The notes: generated from the sequence alone by a model not told the origin. A stretch of 64,000 bases of DNA from a virus (IMGVR_UViG_2974557979_000001); one strand, 5' to 3'. Shown: positions 23,618 through 32,419, numbered from the stretch's first letter. Numbers and translations: made by a program.

Positions 23618-25186
23618 ATGTCTAAGAAAAACGAATTGATGGAAAAATGGAACGATCTTCTGGAGTCTCAGGAAGGCTTACCGGATATCGCTACCAAATC
23701 CAAAAAACAACTGATTGCTGCCATTATGGAAGCACAGGAAAAAGACGCAGAAGTTGATCCGGTTTACCGCGACGAGAAAATCGTTGAATCCTTCGGTGGT
23801 TTCCTGGCGGAAGCTGAAATTGCTGGTGACCACGGTTACGACGCAACCAAAATCGCTTCTGGTAACTCAAGCGGTGCTATCACCAACATCGGCCCTGCTG
23901 TAATCGGTATGGTTCGCCGTGCGATTCCTAACCTGATTGCGTTCGATATCTGCGGTGTTCAGCCTATGACTGGCCCTACTGGTCAGGTGTTCGCTCTCCG
24001 CGCAGTGTACGGTAAAGATCCGCTGGCTTCCGGTGCTAAAGAAGCATTCCATCCGATGTTCTCCCCGGATAGCATGTACTCCGGTCAGGGCGCGGCTCCG
24101 AGCAACGGCTTTACCAAACTGACTTCTGCTCAGGCTATTGCTGACGGCGCTATTGTGTTCCACGATTTCGTTGAAACTGGTCGTGTGTTCCTCCAGAACG
24201 TTTCTGGCGCTCCGGTTACTGTAACTGGTTCTACCGACGATGCTCTGGATGCTGCTGTTATCGCCGAACAGGAAAAAGGTACTCTGGCTGAAATTTCTTA
24301 CGGTATGGCTACCAGTGTAGCAGAACTGCAAGAACAGTTCAACGGTTCTACTGGCAACCCGTGGAACGAAATGGGCTTCCGTATCGATAAGCAGGTTATC
24401 GAAGCACGTAGCCGCCAACTGAAAGCACAGTACTCTGTAGAACTGGCTCAGGATCTCCGCGCTGTTCACGGTATGGACGCTGACGCCGAACTGTCTGCTA
24501 TTCTGGCAACCGAAATCATGCTGGAAATCAACCGCGAAATCGTTGACATGATCAACTATACCGCACAGGTTGGTAAAACTGGTTTCACTCAGACCGTTGG
24601 CTCTAAAGCTGGTGCGTTTGACTTCCAGGATCCGATTGATGTTCGTGGCGCTCGTTGGGCTGGTGAAAGCTACAAAGCTCTGCTGATTCAGATCGACAAA
24701 GAAGCAAACGAAATCGCACGTCAAACTGGTCGTGGTGCTGGTAACTTCATCATCGCTTCCCGTAACGTGGTTTCCGCTCTGGCTCGTATCGATAGCGGTA
24801 TCACTCCGGCAGGTCAAGGTCTCCAGAAGACTCTGAACGTTGACACCACTAAAGCAGTATTCGCTGGTGTTCTGGGTGGCGTGTACAAAGTATACATCGA
24901 CCAGTATGCACGTGGTGATTACTTCACCGTGGGTTACAAAGGCGATAACGAAATGGATGCTGGTATCTACTACGCTCCGTATGTTGCGCTGACCCCGCTG
25001 CGTGGTTCTGATCCGAAGAACTTCCAGCCAGTAATGGGCTTCAAAACTCGTTACGGTGTAGGTATCAACCCGTTTGCGAACTCTCGCTCTCAGGCTCCGT
25101 CCGACCGTATCACTTCTGGTATGATTACCAAAGAAATGTTCGGTAAAAACGCATACTTCCGCAAGGTTTATGTGAAAGGACTTTGA
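23618..25186 (+). CDS. 23: Major capsid protein gp23
   Basis: AFDICGVQPMTGPTGQVFALR, PWNEMGFRIDK, KNFQPVMGFKTRYG motifs. Confidence 0.98.
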   Translation: MSKKNELMEKWNDLLESQEGLPDIATKSKKQLIAAIMEAQEKDAEVDPVYRDEKIVESFGGFLAEAEIAGDHGYDATKIASGNSSGAITNIGPAVIGMVRRAIPNLIAFDICGVQPMTGPTGQVFALRAVYGKDPLASGAKEAFHPMFSPDSMYSGQGAAPSNGFTKLTSAQAIADGAIVFHDFVETGRVFLQNVSGAPVTVTGSTDDALDAAVIAEQEKGTLAEISYGMATSVAELQEQFNGSTGNPWNEMGFRIDKQVIEARSRQLKAQYSVELAQDLRAVHGMDADAELSAILATEIMLEINREIVDMINYTAQVGKTGFTQTVGSKAGAFDFQDPIDVRGARWAGESYKALLIQIDKEANEIARQTGRGAGNFIIASRNVVSALARIDSGITPAGQGLQKTLNVDTTKAVFAGVLGGVYKVYIDQYARGDYFTVGYKGDNEMDAGIYYAPYVALTPLRGSDPKNFQPVMGFKTRYGVGINPFANSRSQAPSDRITSGMITKEMFGKNAYFRKVYVKGL

Positions 25187-25215
25187 TCCTAAGTTATTGA
25201 AAAATAACGATATTA

Positions 25216-25240
25216 AAGGGAACCTTCGGGTTCCCTTTTT
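25216..25240 (+). terminator. Terminator after gene 23
   Basis: AGGGAACC-TTCG-GGTTCCCT-TTTT. Confidence 0.9.
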
Positions 25241-25246
25241 CATTTC

Positions 25247-25254
25247 TATAAATA
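25247..25254 (+). promoter_or_regulatory. Late promoter of the GIY-YIG endonuclease gene
   Basis: TATAAATA upstream of GAGG RBS. Confidence 0.8.
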
Positions 25255-25277
25255 GTGAAAACGATTGAGGCTATATT

Positions 25278-25916
25278 ATGAAACATATTATCTACAAAAT
25301 AACAAATTTGGTCAATAATAAAATTTACGTTGGTGCTCATTCAACAGAAGACATCAATGATTCATACATGGGTTCAGGGATTGCGGTTAAAAAAGCACAA
25401 AAGAAATATGGAATGAATAACTTTGTAAAAGAAATATTACATGTTTTCGATACCCGTGAAGAAATGTATGAAAAAGAAAGAGAGATCGTCAATCTCGAAT
25501 TCATAAATCGTCCAGATACGTATAATGCTGGCATAGGTGGTAAAGGTGCTCCTATGTCATTGATTGGTTGGTCTGACGAACAAAGGAAAAAGATTTCTGA
25601 AAATACTGCAAAGGCTATGCGAACACCAGAACTAAGGGAGAAGATGAGACAATCCCGTTTAGGTAAACCACAGTCCGAAGAATCCAACAGGAAGCGCTCA
25701 GAGACGTTAAAAGCTAAATATATGAATGGACGTATAGACAGAGAGTATAAACCTCTCACAGAAGCGCACAAGGCGAAATTAGGCCGTTCTGTATCGATAG
25801 ATGGAGTTGTATACTCATCCGGATCGGAGGCGGCAAAATCCCTTAGTATGTCCCACTCTGGTTTAAAATATCGGATTAATAGCGACAAATACCCTACCTG
25901 GAAATTTGTTGCATAA
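25278..25916 (+). mobile_element. Free-standing GIY-YIG (Seg-like) homing endonuclease gene
   Basis: IIYKITNLVNNKIYVG...YMGSG catalytic module plus NUMOD3-like K/R-rich repeats (SDEQRKKIS, SEESNRKRSETLK, TEAHKAKL). Confidence 0.88.
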
Positions 25917-25919
25917 ATA
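25912..25919 (+). promoter_or_regulatory. Probable late promoter variant for gene 24
   Basis: CATAAATA overlapping the endonuclease stop. Confidence 0.6.
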
Positions 25920-25948
25920 CCATTATACACTTTACGCAGGAACATAAA

Positions 25949-27238
25949 ATGAGTGAAAAATTTTACACAATTAACAAGCTGGTGCGTCAGTCACAGCTAC
26001 CGCCTGGCCTGTCTAAAAAGGTTCTTGATGAGGCAACCGGAACAGAAACAATTAACGTAGCTAATACCCGTCCAGATCTGGTATCTCTTACCCGTGCGGT
26101 AAACAACCTGATCTACGGTGAACTTGTAGCGATTCAGGAAACTAATTTGCCTACCGCAACCCTGTTCGGTGTGCGTTATCGTAACCCTAAAGGCAATATG
26201 ACGTTTTCCAGCGCTGCTACCTATTCCGGTAAGTATGCAAGCCGTGATACTATTCCAGATGGCGCGGTTGGTACTGCCTACACCAAAGGCCAAGTTTTTA
26301 AACACCCGACAAGCGATGTCGTATACGAAGCAACTGATAGCGTAACTCTCGCAGGTGCTGATATTGATGAAGCGATCATGGTCGCAGTATTCAGCAATAA
26401 ATTACGCCTGGCAAGCGAAGCCGCGCCAACAAGTCAGTATGAAACCAGCGAAGATATTAGCACAACTTCTTTTGAAATGGATCGTTGGAATATCAACGTT
26501 CGTTCCCGTAAATTCAAAACTGAAATGACCGTGGAACTTATGCAGGATCTGGAAGCAAACCAATTCAACGCAGAAAATGTGATTGAAGATGTTCTGGGTA
26601 CTGTTGCCAGTGAAGAAGTAAACAAAGATATCATTCAGACTCTGATCAACGTATCAAATCGTTACAACGTTGATGGTGTGATCACAAACGGCATTTTCGA
26701 TGCTACAACCGCATACACTGCAAAGGATGCTCCGGCTTTAGGTCGTTTCTTGTATCAATTAGTGTGTGAAATGGGGCAGGAAATGAATAGAACGACTTCA
26801 TTTGAAGCTACCTATGTCCTGGCCTCTTCTCGCGTTGTAGGCGTTCTGGCTGCGTCTGGTTGGATGCATGAAACCGATGAAACCCACCCGTTAGCGACAG
26901 GGCGACTTAAAAACGGTTATTATGTCTATACTGACACCAATACACCGTTTGATTACATGCTGACTGGTTGCAAGTACGATCTGGGTGAAATGGATCATGT
27001 TGGCTCTCTGTTCTATACGCCATACACAGAAGCTGATCAGGCAGGTTCGATCAAGATTTCTGTTGATCCTCAATCCTTACAGCCTAAAGTTGCTATTCTG
27101 ATGCGCTACGGTTTATCGGTTAACCCATATACCACTGCTGCAAACGAAAGACTTGTGAAAGGTGATGACTGGGTAAACCTCTCAGGTAAATCTAAGATGA
27201 GTCAGATTGTGGGTATCAAACTTCCTAAACTGGGTTGA
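25949..27238 (+). CDS. 24: Capsid vertex protein gp24
   Basis: VANTRPDLVSLTRAVNNLIYGELVA, DPQSLQP...RYGLSVNPY; gp23 paralog. Confidence 0.93.
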   Translation: MSEKFYTINKLVRQSQLPPGLSKKVLDEATGTETINVANTRPDLVSLTRAVNNLIYGELVAIQETNLPTATLFGVRYRNPKGNMTFSSAATYSGKYASRDTIPDGAVGTAYTKGQVFKHPTSDVVYEATDSVTLAGADIDEAIMVAVFSNKLRLASEAAPTSQYETSEDISTTSFEMDRWNINVRSRKFKTEMTVELMQDLEANQFNAENVIEDVLGTVASEEVNKDIIQTLINVSNRYNVDGVITNGIFDATTAYTAKDAPALGRFLYQLVCEMGQEMNRTTSFEATYVLASSRVVGVLAASGWMHETDETHPLATGRLKNGYYVYTDTNTPFDYMLTGCKYDLGEMDHVGSLFYTPYTEADQAGSIKISVDPQSLQPKVAILMRYGLSVNPYTTAANERLVKGDDWVNLSGKSKMSQIVGIKLPKLG

Positions 27239-27269
27239 TAGTATAACCCAACGGGGATAATATTCAATA

Positions 27270-27299
27270 GGTGGAGTAGGGAAACTTACTCCATCTTTT
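27270..27299 (+). terminator. Terminator after gene 24
   Basis: GGTGGAGTAGG-GAAA-CTTACTCCATC-TTTT. Confidence 0.8.
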
Positions 27300-27530
27300 A
27301 ATAATTATTATAATTAATATTAAATTAGATCTTGAATTTATAAATGATTTATGATAAAATTTATTAATTATAATTATTATAGATCAAATAATTTTTGAAA
27401 TCAAGTAAAAATAAATTTGATTTTATAAATTATATCATGTAAAATTATTCTTTTAATAATATATTATATTATATTAGATCAAATAAAATTTGACTACAAA
27501 TTAATATAGTATATTATAGATCAACTGGGT
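27296..27530. other. Extremely AT-rich non-coding tract with repeated TAGATC motifs (origin-like)
   Basis: Almost all A/T over ~230 nt; TAGATC at 27326, 27380, 27475 and 27517. Confidence 0.6.
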
Positions 27531-27547
27531 AAATTGGTGAGTATGTT

Positions 27548-27967
27548 ATGAGTTTGAAATTAGAAGATCTGCAAAATGAACTTGAGAAGGATATGCTGAT
27601 AGATCCCCTCAAGTTGCAATCAGAATCAGCGGATATCCCGAAGATTTGGGCTAAATGGCTTCGATACCATTCAAACGCTAAGAAAAAATTGATCCAACTT
27701 CATGCGAAAAAAGAAGCTGATGTGAAGGATCGTATGTTGTACTACACCGGAAGGCATGACAAAGAAATGTGCGAAGTGGTGTATACTGGGACTACTGAAA
27801 TCAAAATCGCGATCGCTGGGGATCCGAAGATTGTAGAAACCAACAAACTGATCCAGTATTATGACATGGTGGTAGATTTCACCAGTAAAGCACTGGATAT
27901 CGTCAAAAACAAAGGATACTCTATCAAAAACATGTTGGAGATCCGTAAATTAGAAAGTGGTGCATAA
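27548..27967 (+). CDS. uvsY: Recombination mediator UvsY
   Basis: MSLKLEDLQNELEKDMLID, ALDIVKNKGYSIKNMLEIRKLESGA. Confidence 0.93.
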   Translation: MSLKLEDLQNELEKDMLIDPLKLQSESADIPKIWAKWLRYHSNAKKKLIQLHAKKEADVKDRMLYYTGRHDKEMCEVVYTGTTEIKIAIAGDPKIVETNKLIQYYDMVVDFTSKALDIVKNKGYSIKNMLEIRKLESGA

Positions 27968-28143
27968 TGTCTACTGAAAATGAAAAATGTGTAGTGTGCA
28001 AGTGTCCGGTTCCTTCTACTGGTTATGTGACTGAATCCGGGCGCGTGTGTAGCACTATCTGTGCTGACTACATCGCAGAAAAAACAAAAAGCGGCGAGAT
28101 CAACGAATCCGATGATCTGAATGAAGTTCAAATGTTGCTGTAG
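27967..28143 (+). CDS. uvsY.-2: UvsY.-2-like small Cys-rich protein (58 aa, not in ORF track)
   Basis: Hand translation MSTENEKCVVCKCPVP...DLNEVQMLL; CVVCK start and acidic ...LL end as in T4 uvsY.-2. Confidence 0.75.
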   Translation: MSTENEKCVVCKCPVPSTGYVTESGRVCSTICADYIAEKTKSGEINESDDLNEVQMLL

Positions 28144-28152
28144 GAGAATCTT

Positions 28153-28233
28153 ATGATTGGATACGGTGAAGGAATTACAGATCGTGATGAACGTCCAGAT
28201 CTCTTAGAATCTGACGAACACCCTGATTTTTAG
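28153..28233 (+). CDS. Putative 26-aa acidic peptide
   Basis: AGGAGA RBS, then MIGYGEGITDRDERPDLLESDEHPDF*. Confidence 0.45.
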   Translation: MIGYGEGITDRDERPDLLESDEHPDF

Positions 28234-28246
28234 TGCATAAATACTA

Positions 28247-28445
28247 GCGTACCCGAAAGGGGCTTGATAAAAGAATGCTGGATGATAGGCGTACTCTTTT
28301 GCGCCGTCCGATGGAGTTTACCTTCGGCGGGGTGATTGATAATATACCTTCGATCAAGGGCATGTGAATAGAATAGCCAGAATAGTACAGCACTGGCGTT
28401 AAGCAAATGTACAAAAGCCCCTTCCTTTCGGTTGGGGCTTCTTTT
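28247..28445 (+). ncRNA. Candidate structured late non-coding RNA
   Basis: Gene-free interval after CATAAATA (28236-28243) with several hairpins and a closing terminator. Confidence 0.4.
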
Positions 28446-28446
28446 T
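28413..28446. terminator. Bidirectional terminator between the uvsY block and uvsW.1
   Basis: AAAAGCCCC...GGGGCTTCTTTT. Confidence 0.75.
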
Positions 28447-28678
28447 AGAACTTTTCTTCTTCTCCGCTTTCGAGTTCGGCCTTTAATTCTTCGGCTCGAC
28501 CTTTCAGCGCATCGCGCATAGAAATATCGTCTGACGGCGCAACATCAACTTCTTTTACACGATTTTTGTAATATTTTTCAAGCTCTTTAAGGCCGTCCAT
28601 AGTACGGCAAGAGGCGACCTTGCTCATGAAATCATCAATAGCCGCCTCATAAAGTCGAAAATCGTTGAAACTCTTCAT
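28445..28678 (-). CDS. uvsW.1: UvsW.1
   Basis: YEAAIDDFMSKVASCRTMDGLKELEKYYKNR...DDISMRDAL matches the T4 uvsW.1 pattern; adjacent to uvsW. Confidence 0.88.
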   Translation of the reverse strand: MKSFNDFRLYEAAIDDFMSKVASCRTMDGLKELEKYYKNRVKEVDVAPSDDISMRDALKGRAEELKAELESGEEEKF

Positions 28679-28686
28679 TTTGACCT

Positions 28687-30186
28687 CTAAATTTCGATTT
28701 GTTTGATCACGTAGTCAAACTTTTCTTCATTGTAAATGCGTACTCGTTCGATTGCGTGTTTCATACCATAGTTTTTGTATGAATATTTATTTTTAGCATT
28801 TTTGGACTTTGCCAGCGTTGCTAAGTTATCAACCAAATCCCAAACAGTAGCAAGAGATTTAGAATCATGTTTACGCAGTACGCGCCCAATTGACTGTTTG
28901 ACTATAACAGCAGATTTGCAAGGATGTCCGAAGATGATGTGATGCAGGTTCTTGACAGAAATACCTGTACTCAGTACACCAATAGAACCGATTACGATCA
29001 GCCCCTTCGTTGATTCCGCGATCCGTTTCATTTCGTTTCGCTCATCAATCCCCGTTTCCCCAGAAATGTATACAACGTTGTCATATACCTTTTTGAGTTG
29101 CTCATACAGCCATTTACCATGTTTGATCTGATTGAACATCACAAACACGTTTTCATCTTTTTCCCTTGCCAGTTTCAACGCCAGCTTACAGATCCATGCG
29201 TTACGCCTGGTATGCGATGTTATATACTTGATTTCGCTTTGGTAATCAGCCCCCTTCATTTTCTTAATCTCATCCTCTTTATATCTCATGAAGATGGTAT
29301 TAATTCGAAGGTTGGTAACTTGACCTTCCTGCATCAACCGATTTGTATCAACTGGCTTGAAGATTTGACCAAAAGCGCCAATGTATTGCATCATGTTTGC
29401 TTTGCCTTCTTTCAGAGAACCAGAAAGGCCAAACTTGAAAATACACTGATCCATTGTATTGATGATCTTCTGTATGCTTTGTCCTGTTGATTTGTGGCAT
29501 TCGTCCACCATCAAACACATGAACTGTTGAAACCACTCAGGAGGCATTTTAACAGCCGATTGCCACGTAGACACGTAGATCAATGCATTACTGTTTTTAG
29601 CAGTTCCTGAACGTATTCCAAGCATTGCCTCGCGAGGTAAAAGGCGATAGTTGACAATATCACCGATCATCTGATCAACAAGGGCGGTTGTTGGGACAAT
29701 GATTAGTACTTTGCCTGTGTAATTTTCCAGACACCAACGAGATATCAACCCCTGAATAAGAGATTTACCCGCTGACGTTGGGAGGTTAAGCACAGCACGG
29801 CGGTTTTTAATCGCATGGAACACCGATTGTTTTTGATACCAATACGGATCAATCTGTTTGTTTCCGTCGTATACTGGGTGTTCTTCTAACCACTTGTCAA
29901 AATCTGGCTGGGTAATTTCTTCTGTTTCGTGGATCTTAGGATCCATCCAGATAGAATACCCGCGAGACTCCGCGAATTTTGTTACAAGATAGGCTAAACC
30001 GTAGGGCAGTTTCCCGTTATAGTCCATCAAGTATATGTAGCCGTTCCATCCACCATATTTGTATTTTGCCTGGTACTGATAACCTGGCGGCTGGAAGCTG
30101 AAATAGTCGCGCAATTCATAGACTATGTTAGCCTCTGCCTGAATCTGCACATGACTAGTGTTAAGGAATTTGACTTCGATATCCAC
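28687..30186 (-). CDS. uvsW: UvsW SF2 RNA/DNA helicase
   Basis: LPTSAGKS, VDECH, SGS, STGISVKNLH, QSIGRVLR motifs. Confidence 0.97.
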   Translation of the reverse strand: MDIEVKFLNTSHVQIQAEANIVYELRDYFSFQPPGYQYQAKYKYGGWNGYIYLMDYNGKLPYGLAYLVTKFAESRGYSIWMDPKIHETEEITQPDFDKWLEEHPVYDGNKQIDPYWYQKQSVFHAIKNRRAVLNLPTSAGKSLIQGLISRWCLENYTGKVLIIVPTTALVDQMIGDIVNYRLLPREAMLGIRSGTAKNSNALIYVSTWQSAVKMPPEWFQQFMCLMVDECHKSTGQSIQKIINTMDQCIFKFGLSGSLKEGKANMMQYIGAFGQIFKPVDTNRLMQEGQVTNLRINTIFMRYKEDEIKKMKGADYQSEIKYITSHTRRNAWICKLALKLAREKDENVFVMFNQIKHGKWLYEQLKKVYDNVVYISGETGIDERNEMKRIAESTKGLIVIGSIGVLSTGISVKNLHHIIFGHPCKSAVIVKQSIGRVLRKHDSKSLATVWDLVDNLATLAKSKNAKNKYSYKNYGMKHAIERVRIYNEEKFDYVIKQIEI

Positions 30187-30216
30187 TATGTGTATCCTAT
30201 ATACGGTTTATATGAA

Positions 30217-30224
30217 TATTTATA
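30217..30224 (-). promoter_or_regulatory. Late promoter for uvsW
   Basis: TATAAATA on the minus strand (plus strand TATTTATA). Confidence 0.75.
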
Positions 30225-30256
30225 GGCTAAATAATGATAAACATTGGAGAAATACA

Positions 30257-30835
30257 ATGAGTATTGATTACGAAAAGGTTGAAGGTTTCAAAGCCTTAGA
30301 ACAAAAAGAAGCCAAATTACAGCTTGCTACCTACGCGCAAGAAACGTTTGATGTCAAACTTAACCGTCAGAAATCATTCGAAAATATGCTTTCTGATCTG
30401 GAAGCTGCCGTACCAGCAGAAAAGCCGGAACTGTTGATCGACTCCCCCGATCCGGAAATTGTTACATACGAAGGTGAACCATCTGTTCCTGATGTTGCTC
30501 CGGAAATTGCCGACCAGATTGAAATTGTTCCCGACGCTCTACAAGCTCCTATAAGCGATTCTGAGACGGTTTCTGATGAACTGGCATGGATGGAAGGGTT
30601 TACCCCGTCTATCATCATGATGGGCCGCTCTGTTTCGAATGCTGGCTTTTATACGTGTCCGTATTGGATCTATGATTGGATGAAACAAAATCCGGATTGG
30701 TATAAGCACCCTGATGGCTGTCCTCATTATTCAGCGCGTCAAACCCTCAAGTCACTGGCATGGTACATGCACCGTGATGGGATGGTTACTGTACGCGAAA
30801 CCAGAAATAGCCAGTTCGACACGTTCAAAAAATAA
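30257..30835 (+). CDS. inh: Inh, inhibitor of prohead protease
   Basis: Start reassigned to MSIDYEK (GGAGA RBS). KLQLATYAQETFDVKLNRQKSFENM and CPYWIYDWM...VRETRNSQF motifs; divergent from uvsW as in T4. Confidence 0.85.
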   Translation: MSIDYEKVEGFKALEQKEAKLQLATYAQETFDVKLNRQKSFENMLSDLEAAVPAEKPELLIDSPDPEIVTYEGEPSVPDVAPEIADQIEIVPDALQAPISDSETVSDELAWMEGFTPSIIMMGRSVSNAGFYTCPYWIYDWMKQNPDWYKHPDGCPHYSARQTLKSLAWYMHRDGMVTVRETRNSQFDTFKK

Positions 30836-30848
30836 TTTTAAAAAGTAG

Positions 30849-30877
30849 TTGACCTTACCCTGCTGTTCGAGTATATT
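30849..30877 (+). promoter_or_regulatory. Sigma70-like early promoter
   Basis: TTGACC-N17-TATATT. Confidence 0.8.
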
Positions 30878-30926
30878 GTATTCGAAGGCGGGGGAATGGC
30901 TCTCGCAGTGAAGAAGGAAATACAAA

Positions 30927-31238
30927 ATGAACATGATGAAAAATGCTTACTACCCAGTTCTGTTTGTTTGGACTAATGGTGAAGTTAAGAAAATCGTCAA
31001 TTCTAAAGCTCCTTATTACACTGTAGGTGAAGCACTTCGCCACGCTGCGGAAGCAAATTATCCTGTTCATGCCGAACCTGGTTATGCTCGTTGGAACGGT
31101 TCTAAATGGGTTGCTGATACCTGGGACAACTACGAAGAAGAAAGAATGGAGTGTGATCCTGATTACGTATCTCGTCAAATGGAAGCTCATATGATTGCAG
31201 ATCGTAGACTGGATAATGAAGCTCGCGGATTCTATTGA
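30927..31238 (+). CDS. Hypothetical early protein
   Basis: 103-aa ORF with AAGGA RBS, downstream of an early promoter and upstream of a terminator. Confidence 0.7.
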   Translation: MNMMKNAYYPVLFVWTNGEVKKIVNSKAPYYTVGEALRHAAEANYPVHAEPGYARWNGSKWVADTWDNYEEERMECDPDYVSRQMEAHMIADRRLDNEARGFY

Positions 31239-31243
31239 TTAAC

Positions 31244-31266
31244 AAGGGGCTACGGCCCCTTTTCTT
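31244..31266 (+). terminator. Terminator
   Basis: AAGGGGC-TACG-GCCCCTTTTCTTT. Confidence 0.85.
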
Positions 31267-31277
31267 TTAGGTGAAAT

Positions 31278-31847
31278 ATGAACTTAAATCACGAATGTTT
31301 AAAAGATTTGAGCGATGGTAACGAGATTGGTAACGTTATTTTTCTTGATATCGATGGCGTTCTAAATAATATGCGGTGCATGAAATTTGGTGAACATATG
31401 GACATCGAATGCGCACGACACTTACGCCGGATAGTGAATCACGCTAATTGTGATATCGTCATTTCCTCTACGTGGAGAATCGGCAACAGTACCCATAATC
31501 TACGTGAAATATTTTATCCGTGGGGATTGTATCGGATCATTGGTAAAACTTGCACTAACTTCCCTCATAGTACTGGAATGCGTGGTGATGAAATCAAGGC
31601 ATGGATCGATACTTTCGGATGTAAAAACTATCTCATTCTTGATGATGATACCGATATGCTTTCTTCACAAAAAGAACATTTTATTAAAACTGATGGGTTT
31701 GTTGGGTTGACCGAAGAACAATCCACTTATGCGATCCGTAACATTTTCGGGGTTACTACTCCGTTTTGTCCTGAATGCAATGGGTATGGACGTGTTAACG
31801 GCTACGACAAATGCGGAACGTGTAACGGTAAAATACTCCGGCTATAA
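31278..31847 (+). CDS. HAD-superfamily phosphatase (Swiss-army-knife RNA-repair-like) with C-terminal Zn finger
   Basis: VIFLDIDGVLN, IVISSTWR, RGDEI, YLILDDD; CPECNG...CGTCNG. Confidence 0.75.
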   Translation: MNLNHECLKDLSDGNEIGNVIFLDIDGVLNNMRCMKFGEHMDIECARHLRRIVNHANCDIVISSTWRIGNSTHNLREIFYPWGLYRIIGKTCTNFPHSTGMRGDEIKAWIDTFGCKNYLILDDDTDMLSSQKEHFIKTDGFVGLTEEQSTYAIRNIFGVTTPFCPECNGYGRVNGYDKCGTCNGKILRL

Positions 31848-31850
31848 ATA
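31843..31850 (+). promoter_or_regulatory. Late promoter for the hoc-like pair
   Basis: TATAAATA. Confidence 0.8.
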
Positions 31851-31875
31851 CCAATAAACATAAGAGGTTAAATTT

Positions 31876-32409
31876 ATGGCAATTCCTTCTGTAACAATTA
31901 GCGCCAACAAAAACGAACTTTTGATTGGCGAAACTTTGACCTTAGAGGTTGAAACTACTGAACTAGATCCGGGTGATGTGTTTCTGGCCTATCGTTGGCA
32001 AAAAGACGGTGTAGATATTCCAGGCGCAACCGCCGATACTTACACAACTACGGTTGACGGTACAACTGCTGGCGATTATACCCTGATCTTAAAACACGGT
32101 GCTGATGAAGAATCATCAACAGAAACCACGTCTGATACAATCACCGTGACCACTTATTCTGATGATCTTGTTTCTAAATGGACGGTTCACCCGATTCCGT
32201 GGCGTGATACCAGCTTTACCCCGATCGGTTATTGGGTACTTGATGAAATTCTGTATCAAAAAGCACAGGGTAAAGATTGGAAAACTGATTATGCTGATTA
32301 CAAGTATAGTGAGGAAGTACAAACGATCCTGAAAGCGTTCATGGAAAACGGTGAATGTGAGATCCAGGATTCACGAAACGGCTATATTCATAAAATGAGT
32401 GAAATCTAA
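31876..32409 (+). CDS. Hoc-like head protein: one Ig domain plus capsid-binding domain
   Basis: YRWQKDGVDIPGAT...AGDYTL Ig signature; HPIPWRDTSF...YWVLDEI...KDWKTD...DSRNG as in the T4 Hoc C-terminus. Confidence 0.75.
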   Translation: MAIPSVTISANKNELLIGETLTLEVETTELDPGDVFLAYRWQKDGVDIPGATADTYTTTVDGTTAGDYTLILKHGADEESSTETTSDTITVTTYSDDLVSKWTVHPIPWRDTSFTPIGYWVLDEILYQKAQGKDWKTDYADYKYSEEVQTILKAFMENGECEIQDSRNGYIHKMSEI

Positions 32410-32419
32410 GAGGCTTTAA

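Noticed and set aside
23867-25243. 458-aa antisense ORF over gene 23
   Set aside because: Shadow ORF from the strong RNY codon bias of the highly expressed capsid gene; no RBS or promoter and no recognisable motif.
25337-25945. 202-aa antisense ORF over the GIY-YIG gene (T4 segD is on the minus strand)
   Set aside because: The catalytic GIY-YIG motifs, RBS and late promoter are all on the plus strand; the antisense frame has no motif.
27296-27530. CRISPR-like or tRNA reading of the AT-rich repeats
   Set aside because: The repeats are short and irregularly spaced with no unique spacers; no cloverleaf with TTCGA T-loop and CCA end was found here or elsewhere in the window.
28270-28300. CTGGATGA resembling a hammerhead ribozyme core
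   Set aside because: It does not match CUGAUGA, and the GAAA/NUH geometry is not satisfied, so no ribozyme call is made.
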